A DNA stretch of 64,000 bases, taken from sequence record KU686213.1. One strand, 5' to 3'. A program made the translations under genes and the position numbers. This document shows, one piece after another, positions 9,181-18,652 of the stretch; positions within the stretch are counted from its first letter, which is position 1; each line of letters begins with the position of its first letter. The notes under the pieces are model-generated. The model did no database searches. It was not told the origin of the DNA and worked only from the letters and a program-made list of their open reading frames with translations.

Positions 9181-11783
9181 TGTCTAAGAACAAATTCTAC
9201 ACGAATGTCCAGATGTATGGAAACTCTATCCTTCTCCGAGGATATGAGGACGGTAAGCGTTTCAATGTTAGGCAGAATAACTTCCAGCCCACATTGTTTG
9301 CTACCAGTAAAAAAGCTAGTGATTGGAAGACATTAGATGGAGAATATGTTAAGGAGATTCAGCCAGGTAGTATTAAGGAGTGTCGTGAGTTCATTAAAAC
9401 CCACGAGAATATAGATAACTTCAATGTGTATGGTAACGAGAGATTTATCTTTCAGTTTATTGCCGACACATATCCTGGTGAGATTAAGTTTGATACATCT
9501 TTGATGAAGATGATTACTGTTGATATTGAGGTTGAATCAGAGCATGGATTCCCAGACCCAGAATCGGCAGCAGAAGAAGTCCTACTCATCACTGTACAGG
9601 ACTACAACACCAAGAAAATCATCACTTGGGGTCAAACCAAGCACGGTGACTTTGAGAACAAGCAGGATAATGTAGACTTCCGCCCTTGTTATGATGAGCA
9701 CCACCTTCTAAACTCATTTATTGATTGGTGGTCACGGGACACCCCAGATGTTGTTACTGGTTGGAACTTGGAATATTATGATATTCCATACCTATGTAAC
9801 CGTATTGAGCGCCTACTAGGCTCCAAGACAATGAAAACATTGTCCCCCTGGAAGCTAGTATCCGAAGAGAAGCACTTTATCAAGGGGCAGGAGAAGCTTT
9901 ACTTTGATATTGCTGGTGTTACTCAACTTGATTACCTGAACCTCTATAAGAAGTTCACATATACTAACCAAGAAAGCTATCGCCTAGATCACATTGCTGA
10001 TGTGGAGCTAGGGCAGAAGAAGCTGGATCACAGTGAGTTTGAGACGTTCAAAGACTTCTATACAGATGGCTGGCAGAAGTTTGTTGAATACAACATCATT
10101 GACGTGGAACTAGTTGACCGTTTGGAAGATAAGATGAAACTTATCGACCTCGCTCTAACTATGGCGTTTGACGCCAAGGTAAACTTCCGTGACGTATTCT
10201 ATCAAGTACGTATGTGGGATACTATTATCTACAACTATCTCCGTGAGAAGAATATTGTTATTCCTCCCAAGGTAAAGATTGATAAGGACGCCAAGTATGC
10301 GGGTGCTTATGTTAAGGAGCCCAAGCCAGGTAAGTATGATTATGTTGTGAGTTTTGACCTTAACTCACTATATCCCCACTTGATTATGCAATATGCGATC
10401 TCGCCCGAGACGCTTATTACTATGGATGATCTAAACATTATGATCCATAATGCACAGAATGATCCATCATATGACCAAGAGAAGCTAGAAGCTATGCTCC
10501 AAGTCAGGCAGCTATCAGGCAAGATTAATGTCTATAAGGTCCTGGATATGGAGCTAGACTTATCTCCATTGAAGGTTCTTGACTGGACTATGACTGCTAA
10601 CGGTGCTATTTACCGTCGTGTTAAGGGAATGTTGCCCGAACTAATGGAGAAGATGTATGCAGAACGAGTTATCTTTAAGAAGCGAATGCTCGCAGCCAAA
10701 CAGCTCAATGAGACGAAGCCTTCTAAAGCACTTGAAAAGGAGATCTCCCGCTGTAACAACATTCAAATGGCGAAGAAGATTTCTCTTAACAGTGCTTATG
10801 GTGCTATTGGTAATCAATACTTCAGGTATTTCAAACTAGCAAATGCTGAAGCCATCACACTATCAGGTCAGACTTCTATTCGCTGGATTGAGAACAAACT
10901 CAATGAGTATATGAATAAGACGCTAGGTACCGATAAGGTTGATTATGTTATTGCGTCAGACACTGACTCAATTTATCTACATATGGGACCAATTGTTGAT
11001 AAGGTGTTTGGTGATAAGGATGTATCTAAAGAGAAGATTGTTGATGCACTAGATGGCTTCTGTCAAGCTAAGATTGAGCCTTTTATTGATAATTCATATC
11101 AAGAGCTTGCTCACTATGTGAATGCATATGACCAGAAGATGCAGATGAAGCGAGAGAATATCGCAGACCGTGGTATTTGGACCGCTAAGAAGCGTTACAT
11201 TCTGAATGTATGGGATAGTGAGGGTGTGCGCTATGCTCAACCTAAGCTCAAAATGATGGGCATTGAGGCAGTCAAATCATCCACTCCTGCCCCGTGTAGG
11301 TCAATGATTAAAGAGGCACTCAAGCTTGTTATGGTGGGCACTGAGGATCAAGTTATTGACTATATTGATAGCTGTAGGCTTCAGTTTAAGATGCTTCCAC
11401 CAGAGCAAATATCATTCCCAAGATCTGTTAGTGATGTTGTTAAATACAAGTCACCCGTAAGCATTTACGCTAAGGGAACTCCCATCCATTGTCGCGGAGC
11501 ACTTCTATTCAATCATCACATCAAAAAGAATGGGCTAGATAAGAAGTACTCATTGATTAATAATGGGGAGAAGATCAAGTTCTGCTACTTAAAAGTTCCT
11601 AATAAGATTGGAGAGAATGTTATTTCATTCATTTCAGACTTCCCTAAGGAGCTAAATCTAGAGCGGTACATTGATTATGACTTACAGTTCAGCAAAAGTT
11701 TCTTGGAACCTCTAAAAATCATTCTTGATTCTATTGGCTGGCATTCTGAGAAAACAGTTACATTAGAATCGTTTTTTGGATAA
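9180..11783 (+). CDS. gp43: DNA polymerase, family B
   Basis: Exo motifs DIEVES, TGWN...YDIPY, YNIIDVELV; pol motifs SFDLNSLYP, KISLNSAYG, ASDTDS, KKRY. Confidence 0.98.
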   Translation: MSKNKFYTNVQMYGNSILLRGYEDGKRFNVRQNNFQPTLFATSKKASDWKTLDGEYVKEIQPGSIKECREFIKTHENIDNFNVYGNERFIFQFIADTYPGEIKFDTSLMKMITVDIEVESEHGFPDPESAAEEVLLITVQDYNTKKIITWGQTKHGDFENKQDNVDFRPCYDEHHLLNSFIDWWSRDTPDVVTGWNLEYYDIPYLCNRIERLLGSKTMKTLSPWKLVSEEKHFIKGQEKLYFDIAGVTQLDYLNLYKKFTYTNQESYRLDHIADVELGQKKLDHSEFETFKDFYTDGWQKFVEYNIIDVELVDRLEDKMKLIDLALTMAFDAKVNFRDVFYQVRMWDTIIYNYLREKNIVIPPKVKIDKDAKYAGAYVKEPKPGKYDYVVSFDLNSLYPHLIMQYAISPETLITMDDLNIMIHNAQNDPSYDQEKLEAMLQVRQLSGKINVYKVLDMELDLSPLKVLDWTMTANGAIYRRVKGMLPELMEKMYAERVIFKKRMLAAKQLNETKPSKALEKEISRCNNIQMAKKISLNSAYGAIGNQYFRYFKLANAEAITLSGQTSIRWIENKLNEYMNKTLGTDKVDYVIASDTDSIYLHMGPIVDKVFGDKDVSKEKIVDALDGFCQAKIEPFIDNSYQELAHYVNAYDQKMQMKRENIADRGIWTAKKRYILNVWDSEGVRYAQPKLKMMGIEAVKSSTPAPCRSMIKEALKLVMVGTEDQVIDYIDSCRLQFKMLPPEQISFPRSVSDVVKYKSPVSIYAKGTPIHCRGALLFNHHIKKNGLDKKYSLINNGEKIKFCYLKVPNKIGENVISFISDFPKELNLERYIDYDLQFSKSFLEPLKIILDSIGWHSEKTVTLESFFG

Positions 11784-11964
11784 TAATATGAATGATACAG
11801 AATTACTAGCTTTGGACCTCTTTATAGAATCCGTCATAAAGGTGGACGAAGATCTGAGGTCCCAAGCTAGGGATCAAAAATGTTTGGATGAGTTGATCAA
11901 TATCCGTGTAGATGTGCTAGAATACCTCTATGAACTTAGGAGAAAATCTAATGGCACTGTCTAA
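11776..11964 (+). CDS. Hypothetical protein
   Basis: Short ORF packed between gp43 and the next gene. Confidence 0.55.
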   Translation: MDNNMNDTELLALDLFIESVIKVDEDLRSQARDQKCLDELINIRVDVLEYLYELRRKSNGTV

Positions 11965-12181
11965 GAGTGTGTTGGAGTCCTTAGAAGAGGCTCAAGGCGC
12001 ACTCAGAAATGCCCTAGCATATGCTGCTAGGAATGAGCGTCCTATGATATGCGAAAGCATTGCTAAGATTCTCAGTTCTATTGATACTATTGAGTCTAGT
12101 GAATCTATTATGGATACACTAGACAAATATAAGAACACGGGTGGAGATGGTGAAAGCCCATTTGGTAAATTTGACTTTTAA
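11951..12181 (+). CDS. Conserved cyanophage hypothetical
   Basis: LEEAQGALRNALAYAARNERP motif; directly upstream of uvsX. Confidence 0.6.
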   Translation: MALSKSVLESLEEAQGALRNALAYAARNERPMICESIAKILSSIDTIESSESIMDTLDKYKNTGGDGESPFGKFDF

Positions 12182-12189
12182 AACTAACT

Positions 12190-13197
12190 ATGGATTTTCT
12201 AAAGGATATTGTAAATGAAATTGGTGGCGACTACTCTAAGATTGCGTCAGACATTGACGAAACAGAAACATTCGTTGATACTGGTTCGTTCATCTTTAAT
12301 GCTCTTGTATCTGGGTCTTTGTACGGTGGTGTTTCTGGCGATAAAATTACTGCAATTGCTGGGGAAAGCTCTACTGGTAAGACTTTTTTCTCACTCGCCG
12401 TCGTCAAGAACTTTCTGGATTCTAATCCCGATGCATCTTGCATTTATTTTGATACTGAAGCAGCAGTCAATAAGTCACTTCTATCATCACGTGGTATCGA
12501 CCTCAACCGTTTGGCTGTCGTCAATGTCGTAACAATCGAAGAGTTCCGCACCAAGGCACTTAAGATTGTAGATATGTATCTAAAGACACCAGAGGCAGAC
12601 CGCAAGCCTTGTATGTTTGTGCTAGACTCCCTCGGTATGCTCTCCACTAATAAGGAGATCAACGATGCTCTAGATGATAAGCAGGTCCGCGATATGACCA
12701 AATCACAGCTAATCAAAGGAGCATTCCGTATGCTAACATTGAAGCTGGGTCAAGCTAAAATCCCAATGCTCGTTACTAATCACACATATGACGTTATCGG
12801 TGCTTATGTTCCTACAAAGGAAATGGGTGGTGGCTCTGGTCTTAAGTATGCCGCTTCTACTATCATTCATCTCTCGAAGAAGAAAGAGAAGGATGGAACA
12901 GAGATTGTTGGAAACATTATCAAGGCAAAGACTGCTAAGTCGCGTTTAAGTAAAGAGAATATGGACGTAGGCGTCCGTTTGTATTATGATGAGCGAGGAC
13001 TTGATAAGTACTTCGGTCTTCTAGAGCTAGGTGAAAAGGGTGGTATGTGGAAAAACGTTGCTGGTCGTTACGATCTAGGCGATGGTAAGAAGATCTACGC
13101 TAAAGCCATTCTCAAAGACCCCGAGCAATACTTCACACCAGAAGTTATGGAAAAGCTAGAGGTAATTGCTAAAGGAACATTCTCATACGGAAACTAA
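12190..13197 (+). CDS. uvsX: RecA-like recombinase UvsX
   Basis: Walker A AGESSTGKT, FVLDSLGML, VTNHTY, MGGGSGLKYAAS. Confidence 0.96.
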   Translation: MDFLKDIVNEIGGDYSKIASDIDETETFVDTGSFIFNALVSGSLYGGVSGDKITAIAGESSTGKTFFSLAVVKNFLDSNPDASCIYFDTEAAVNKSLLSSRGIDLNRLAVVNVVTIEEFRTKALKIVDMYLKTPEADRKPCMFVLDSLGMLSTNKEINDALDDKQVRDMTKSQLIKGAFRMLTLKLGQAKIPMLVTNHTYDVIGAYVPTKEMGGGSGLKYAASTIIHLSKKKEKDGTEIVGNIIKAKTAKSRLSKENMDVGVRLYYDERGLDKYFGLLELGEKGGMWKNVAGRYDLGDGKKIYAKAILKDPEQYFTPEVMEKLEVIAKGTFSYGN

Positions 13198-13209
13198 TTA
13201 GGACATTTA

Positions 13210-14592
13210 ATGGAAAGAATTGAAAACCTTATTCTACGATCATTAGTATATAATGAAAACTACTCACGCAAAGTCATTCCATTTATTGAACCTGACTATT
13301 TCCACGATTCATCAGAGCGAGTCCTCTTTGAGGAGATTGCCCAATACATGGTCAAGTACAACGCTCGCCCATCTAAAGAAGCACTTGGAATCGAGGTAGA
13401 GGCACGTAATAACCTCTCTGAAACTGATGTTCAAAACATCCGTACCATCCTTACAACATTTGATGATGTAACAGGTACTGATGAGTGGATGCAAGATACC
13501 ACCGAGAAGTGGTGTAAGAAGCAAGCCATCTACAATGCCCTTATGGAGTCCGTAGGTATTGCTAATGGAGACAGTAAGCAGAAGACCGAGGACGCTATTC
13601 CAAGCATCCTCTCAAGTGCTCTGGCTGTCTCATTTGATAGTAATGTAGGACACGACTACATTGAAGATGCCTCCGAACGTTTTGACTTCTATACACGTAA
13701 GGAAGACAAGATTCCATTTGATATTGAGCTACTCAATAAGATCACCAAGGGTGGTCTAACTAACAAGTCACTCAACATTGCCCTAGCTGGTACTGGTGTT
13801 GGTAAGTCACTCTTTATGTGTCACGTGGCTGCCGCGTCTCTAATGCAAGGCAAGAATGTTCTATACATTACTGCCGAGATGGCTGAGGAGAAGATTGCGG
13901 AACGTATTGACGCCAACCTACTCAATGTAAATATCCAAGATATTTCAAGCCTATCCAAGAAAATGTTTGAGGATAAGGTGACCAAGGTAGCCAAGAAGGT
14001 TCAAGGTTCCCTTATTATTAAGGAGTATCCAACAGCACAGGCACACTCAGGTCACTTCAAGGCACTTCTAAATGAGCTACAACTCAAGAAGAACTTCCGC
14101 CCAGACATCATCTTCATTGACTACCTAAACATCTGTGCTTCCAGCCGTATCAAGTCTGGCTCTAACGCCAACTCATACACCCTTGTGAAGAGTATTGCAG
14201 AGGAGTTGCGTGGTCTAGCGGTAGAGTTCAATCTACCCATCGTCAGCGCCACCCAGACGACCCGTAGCGGCTATGGAAACAGTGATGTGGATATCACAGA
14301 TACTTCCGAGTCTTTCGGGCTTCCAGCCACTGCTGACCTTATGGTAGCGCTCATCTCAACAGAGGAGCTAGAAGGTCTAGGACAAATTATGGTAAAACAA
14401 CTCAAGAACAGATACAATGATCCCACCATCCACAAGCGTTTTGTTGTCGGTATTGACCGCGCCAAGATGCGCCTTTATGACTGCGAGCAATCAGCTCAAG
14501 ATGATATTATGGGAGGAGGGGAAGAAGAGTATGAGAACTCTGATGACTCATCCAAACCATTTAAGGAAAAGTTCGCCAAACTAAACTTCTAA
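13210..14592 (+). CDS. gp41: Replicative DNA helicase (DnaB family)
   Basis: Walker A AGTGVGKS, IIKEYPT, IFIDYLNI, SATQTTR, KQLKNRY. Confidence 0.97.
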   Translation: MERIENLILRSLVYNENYSRKVIPFIEPDYFHDSSERVLFEEIAQYMVKYNARPSKEALGIEVEARNNLSETDVQNIRTILTTFDDVTGTDEWMQDTTEKWCKKQAIYNALMESVGIANGDSKQKTEDAIPSILSSALAVSFDSNVGHDYIEDASERFDFYTRKEDKIPFDIELLNKITKGGLTNKSLNIALAGTGVGKSLFMCHVAAASLMQGKNVLYITAEMAEEKIAERIDANLLNVNIQDISSLSKKMFEDKVTKVAKKVQGSLIIKEYPTAQAHSGHFKALLNELQLKKNFRPDIIFIDYLNICASSRIKSGSNANSYTLVKSIAEELRGLAVEFNLPIVSATQTTRSGYGNSDVDITDTSESFGLPATADLMVALISTEELEGLGQIMVKQLKNRYNDPTIHKRFVVGIDRAKMRLYDCEQSAQDDIMGGGEEEYENSDDSSKPFKEKFAKLNF

Positions 14593-14598
14593 TATTAT

Positions 14599-14621
14599 GG
14601 GGGCTCAATGCCCCCTTTTTT
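14599..14621 (+). terminator. Rho-independent terminator
   Basis: GGGGGC-TCAAT-GCCCCC plus T6. Confidence 0.8.
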
Positions 14622-14654
14622 AATGATAAATATTATTAACTTGGTTATATATTT

Positions 14655-15785
14655 GTGGCTTCTTTATCCGGCAACTCTACTAATGGTATCCCAAACTGGG
14701 ACAAGTATGTAAAAAACCAGAATAGCTTGAGTAGTATTAAGTATGATATCGAAAAGCCAGCCTTTTTATATAAAGGAATTTCAAATACAAAGGAAAGTGA
14801 TATTTTAGGTCTTCTTCCTGTAGGGACGCTGGTTAATATAGTATCCCCTACCATATATAATATTAGTGTATCTAAAGGTGCGGGAAAGGCATTCAGTAGT
14901 AAGCCAGCAGCTAAAGTTAGATATGATGGAAAATCTGGTTATGTCTTAATTACATTAATTAGAAAGCCTACAAAGGCTCCTGATTCCGTAGAAAAGAGGA
15001 CGATTGATATAACACAAACAACTTTAAATTCATACAAGCAAGTTTCTGGTGTAGGTAGAGGTCCTAAAGCTGGTATTAATATTGAAGTTGAAGGTGTTGG
15101 TGTAATACAAAATGTATCTACAGTATCTAAAGTCCCCGAGAGAGTGAATAATAGAGAAGCAAAAGCTGATATTGTTTTGAAGGATACGAAAGGTACACCA
15201 TTATTCTACATATCACACAAGGCGGGTGGTGGTGCCAAGGCTTTCCAGCAGTATGGTGGTGTATCTAAAAAAGCAGGAAGTAGAAGCAATCCCGCATTGA
15301 TATATAATGATCCAGAGACACAGCAATATTTGAACGACCTTTGGAATTTTTACCAGGATGCCCTAGCAGGAGCACTACAATATGGAGAGGCTAATCCATT
15401 TAAGTCAGATGGTCTTCTAAAATACGGTAGGATATACAGGTTTGTAAAATCAGACGAACTTATTGGTAAGGCAGTATTTGGACCTGATTATGGTGGAGCA
15501 TTTGGTATTGACAATGTAAACCTAATCGGTCAAGGTAATTTCCTATTCAAGCCATATATGAATTCCGAGGAAGACATTGCTATTAGACTTAGATTTGAAA
15601 ACTTTGAAATTAACGGAGATATATCCGAGTTTAGAAAGGGTGACTATAGGGCAATCTTTGTATCCAGGTCTTCCTCAGATAGGAAAACTGAAACACCGTC
15701 TGGTAATATTCCAAAACTTAGGACTGGTATATTCAATATGTCTTACCTATCTGGTCAGTCCGAAAACATTGACGCCCTACTCTAA
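14655..15785 (+). CDS. Hypothetical protein with a PD-(D/E)xK-like nuclease motif
   Basis: KADIVL...YISHK motif (D...SxK); basic, AT-rich; GTG start. Confidence 0.5.
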   Translation: MASLSGNSTNGIPNWDKYVKNQNSLSSIKYDIEKPAFLYKGISNTKESDILGLLPVGTLVNIVSPTIYNISVSKGAGKAFSSKPAAKVRYDGKSGYVLITLIRKPTKAPDSVEKRTIDITQTTLNSYKQVSGVGRGPKAGINIEVEGVGVIQNVSTVSKVPERVNNREAKADIVLKDTKGTPLFYISHKAGGGAKAFQQYGGVSKKAGSRSNPALIYNDPETQQYLNDLWNFYQDALAGALQYGEANPFKSDGLLKYGRIYRFVKSDELIGKAVFGPDYGGAFGIDNVNLIGQGNFLFKPYMNSEEDIAIRLRFENFEINGDISEFRKGDYRAIFVSRSSSDRKTETPSGNIPKLRTGIFNMSYLSGQSENIDALL

Positions 15786-15797
15786 ACCTGCTACAAT
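15769..15797 (+). promoter_or_regulatory. Sigma70-like promoter for mazG
   Basis: TTGACG-17 nt-TACAAT with extended TG. Confidence 0.75.
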
Positions 15798-15827
15798 AAG
15801 CAGGTCTCAAGATAAAAAAAAAACATT

Positions 15828-16235
15828 ATGAGTCAAGTCGACTTCAACCGCTATCTAGAGTTTGTAGATGGCGTAACCAGTGAGCCTTCAAAGGACACCG
15901 AAGCATTTGTCTACCGTGTACAAGAGCTAGCAGGACAAGATTGTGATATCCAACGCCTCCTAACCGCTTCCGTAGGTGTCTGTGCCGAGGGTGGTGAGTT
16001 TATGGAGATTGTAAAGAAGATGGCTTTCCAAGGTAAGCCTTACAACGAAGATAATGTATATCATATGAAGCGTGAGCTTGGTGATATTATGTGGTATATG
16101 GCTCAAGCCTGTATTGCCCTTGATGTGACATTTGAAGAACTGGTCGAAATGAACGTAGCAAAGCTAGAAGCACGCTATCCTGGTGGAAGCTTCAACGTTC
16201 ATAGCAGTGAAGTACGTGTAGAGGGGGACATTTGA
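15828..16235 (+). CDS. mazG: MazG-family nucleotide pyrophosphohydrolase
   Basis: AEGGEFMEIVKK, KRELGDIMWY, NVAKLEARYPGG. Confidence 0.93.
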   Translation: MSQVDFNRYLEFVDGVTSEPSKDTEAFVYRVQELAGQDCDIQRLLTASVGVCAEGGEFMEIVKKMAFQGKPYNEDNVYHMKRELGDIMWYMAQACIALDVTFEELVEMNVAKLEARYPGGSFNVHSSEVRVEGDI

Positions 16236-16468
16236 ACTTCCTAGAAAAGTGGTATGATACGTGGTGGTGGGCTATTTCTGAAAGGATGAATCCACTACAC
16301 CCATTAGCAGATTGGGAACCAGACTTCTTTGAATACATCAATGAGGGCTGGTTAGATATGTACTACGAGCCACCAACAGACCAAGAGCGTAAGGATGCGT
16401 TCATCAAGTCTATCACCATCAACAGCAACCCGTACTACAACGAGAAGTACTACGACTATGAAGTTTGA
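16232..16468 (+). CDS. Hypothetical protein
   Basis: TTG start overlapping the mazG stop; tight packing. Confidence 0.5.
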   Translation: MNFLEKWYDTWWWAISERMNPLHPLADWEPDFFEYINEGWLDMYYEPPTDQERKDAFIKSITINSNPYYNEKYYDYEV

Positions 16469-16616
16469 CCTAGACCTAGAAGACTTCACAATCATCCAAA
16501 ATGCTCTACACTACTACAAACACGTAGAGAAACGAGGCAACTTCCAACAATACGACATCCCTAGATGCGAAGCTCTTAGAGACAAACTATCACAACAACT
16601 AATGGAGAATGAATGA
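16458..16616 (+). CDS. Hypothetical protein
   Basis: MKFDLDLEDFTIIQNALHYY...; overlaps its neighbours by a few bases. Confidence 0.5.
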   Translation: MKFDLDLEDFTIIQNALHYYKHVEKRGNFQQYDIPRCEALRDKLSQQLMENE

Positions 16617-16822
16617 GTAACCCAAAGCCAATCACACTTGAAGAGTACGCAGACGTAGGACCTGAGTTCTTTGCTAAATTTAACTATGTAAAGACACAAC
16701 TACCTGCCGAGTCAGACGTAGAAGAAGTCCTAACTATTATGGAAACTCTTGCTGGTCTTGTATTGATTAAGCGAGATGAAGATGAAGAAGACGACCGCCC
16801 CGCTATTGGATTTAACAAATGA
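16613..16822 (+). CDS. Conserved hypothetical protein
   Basis: ATGA overlaps at both ends; ends in the IGFNK-type motif common in cyanophage small ORFs. Confidence 0.55.
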   Translation: MSNPKPITLEEYADVGPEFFAKFNYVKTQLPAESDVEEVLTIMETLAGLVLIKRDEDEEDDRPAIGFNK

Positions 16823-17019
16823 CAAACGAACAAGAAGTATTACAACAGTTCATCACCAAGCGCATTCAATTGTTGCGCTCTTCTGAGGAGTTGCGTCAGC
16901 AACTACAACAGCAGGCAGAGCTTCTGCTACGTGTAGAAGGAGCCATTGAGGCATTTGGTCTCATCGGTATTGAAATTACCCCAGCAGAGGGACCAGAGCC
17001 AGCAGAAAACCCCGAATGA
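16819..17019 (+). CDS. Small coiled-coil hypothetical
   Basis: QQLQQQAELLLRVEGAIEA; translationally coupled. Confidence 0.5.
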   Translation: MTNEQEVLQQFITKRIQLLRSSEELRQQLQQQAELLLRVEGAIEAFGLIGIEITPAEGPEPAENPE

Positions 17020-17732
17020 TTATTGATATTAGAGACTTCCCTGTCTATTATATAAACCTAGATTCACAACCAGACCGTAGAGAGTCTACGGAAAATACAT
17101 TAAAGAGTCTTGGGTTTAGTAGGATTCATAGAGTCTCTGGTATCCAACATCAAAAGCCAGCGGTGGGATGTGCTCTATCTCATCTAAAAGTTATGGAGAA
17201 CAAATCAATACAAGCTCCATTCCTTTTAGTTGAGGATGATATCCAATACACTGGAAATGAAAAACTAGTTTATGAAGTCCCCGAAGATGCCGATGCGCTA
17301 TTTTTGGGGACTTCTATATGGGGTAGATTCCTAAACTTTAACGGGCAGTTTGTTCAGTATAGAAAAGTAAATGAAGATATTGTAAGAGTATACAATATGC
17401 TATCTGCCCACGCTATACTACATCTAAACAATGGGTATAAGGAGCATCTCAGTAGAGTTGCTTACCATAGTGCCTACGAGATACAAGACCATATGGATGT
17501 TGGCTACGCAGAGACTCAAAAATACTATAATGTATACTCTGTGAATAGACCAGTATTCACTCAAAATACTCACCAGGAAGCTTCTACCTCAACACCTATA
17601 ACTGAAATGGGTATGGACCCAGAAGAATCCAAGAGGTTCTTTGAGTCTAAAAAGTGGAATCTACAACTGTCTGGTATCAAAACTATCTCTGGTTGGGATA
17701 GTAACTATGACCCAAAGCATTGGTTTAAATAA
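17016..17732 (+). CDS. Glycosyltransferase family 25-like
   Basis: YYINLDSQPDRR, GCALSH, LLVEDD, LSAHA. Confidence 0.8.
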   Translation: MIIDIRDFPVYYINLDSQPDRRESTENTLKSLGFSRIHRVSGIQHQKPAVGCALSHLKVMENKSIQAPFLLVEDDIQYTGNEKLVYEVPEDADALFLGTSIWGRFLNFNGQFVQYRKVNEDIVRVYNMLSAHAILHLNNGYKEHLSRVAYHSAYEIQDHMDVGYAETQKYYNVYSVNRPVFTQNTHQEASTSTPITEMGMDPEESKRFFESKKWNLQLSGIKTISGWDSNYDPKHWFK

Positions 17733-17733
17733 T

Positions 17734-18651
17734 ATGAAAGTTCTATTCTATACAGATGTTACTTGGTCACTGGGTAATATCCACAACAACTTGGTAAAGG
17801 AGTTCTGTAAGAGGGGCATATACTCCAATATGCTTAACTGGGATTTTGATTACTCTGTTAGGGAGTTTGATTATCTCAATAAGATATATGATGTATTTGT
17901 AACTCTTCCAGGTCCTTGTGTGAATCTATTGATTAGTAAGGGTATTCCTGCTAATAAGATTATCTGTGTAGCTCATAGTCGCTTTGATGTGAAGCATGGT
18001 GTAGACTCCAATATTCCCTGGGCATCTCTACGCAGTGTTGTAGCAATCTCACCAGACCTAGTGAAGACCCATAAGATTCTTGGGGTTGATGTGAATGTTG
18101 AGTTGGTCCAAAATGGTATAGACTTTGAGCTATTCCATAGAGAGCCAGCAACTGAACTAACCAGGCTTGGATATTTTGGTTCAGACTTTGCTCCAGATGT
18201 TCTTGCTGGAACAGGAGACTGTAAGAGGAAGCACCTAGCAGAGTCAATCGCAAATATCACAGGACTCCCTCTAATAGGCACAGGAAGCAAGCTAGTGAAC
18301 CTGTGTATGCCTACGCTATATGAGACCATAGATAGTCTTATAATGCCTTCTAGCTCCCCAGAAGCCTGTGGGCTACCTTATATGGAAGCAGCAGCGGCAG
18401 GTAGGCTCCCTATCAGCAGTTCTGTTGGAATCATTGACCATCTAGGTAAGCCTGCTGGTCTAGTTCTACGAATGGATGAAGAGTCTTTTGTAGAGCAAGC
18501 TGTATTCCAAATCAATGAACTGGTTGCCTCTCCTAAGAGGTTCCGCTCATTATGTGTAGAAGCGCAAGACTTCGCACGCCACTACTATGATTGGTCTGCC
18601 GTTATTGGTAGATGGATTGATGTTCTAACTAAACTTGATAACAACCTTTGA
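17734..18651 (+). CDS. GT-B fold (GT4-like) glycosyltransferase
   Basis: LVQNGIDFELF; EACGLPYMEAAAAGR matches the E-x7-E motif. Confidence 0.75.
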   Translation: MKVLFYTDVTWSLGNIHNNLVKEFCKRGIYSNMLNWDFDYSVREFDYLNKIYDVFVTLPGPCVNLLISKGIPANKIICVAHSRFDVKHGVDSNIPWASLRSVVAISPDLVKTHKILGVDVNVELVQNGIDFELFHREPATELTRLGYFGSDFAPDVLAGTGDCKRKHLAESIANITGLPLIGTGSKLVNLCMPTLYETIDSLIMPSSSPEACGLPYMEAAAAGRLPISSSVGIIDHLGKPAGLVLRMDEESFVEQAVFQINELVASPKRFRSLCVEAQDFARHYYDWSAVIGRWIDVLTKLDNNL

Positions 18652-18652
18652 T

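Noticed and set aside
6214-11666. Genome-wide reassignment of CGG to Ala in the phage
   Set aside because: The in-frame CGG codons I checked (gp44 6214, gp43 11664) sit in contexts where a basic residue is plausible, so I see no evidence of recoding. A full alignment-based test was not possible.
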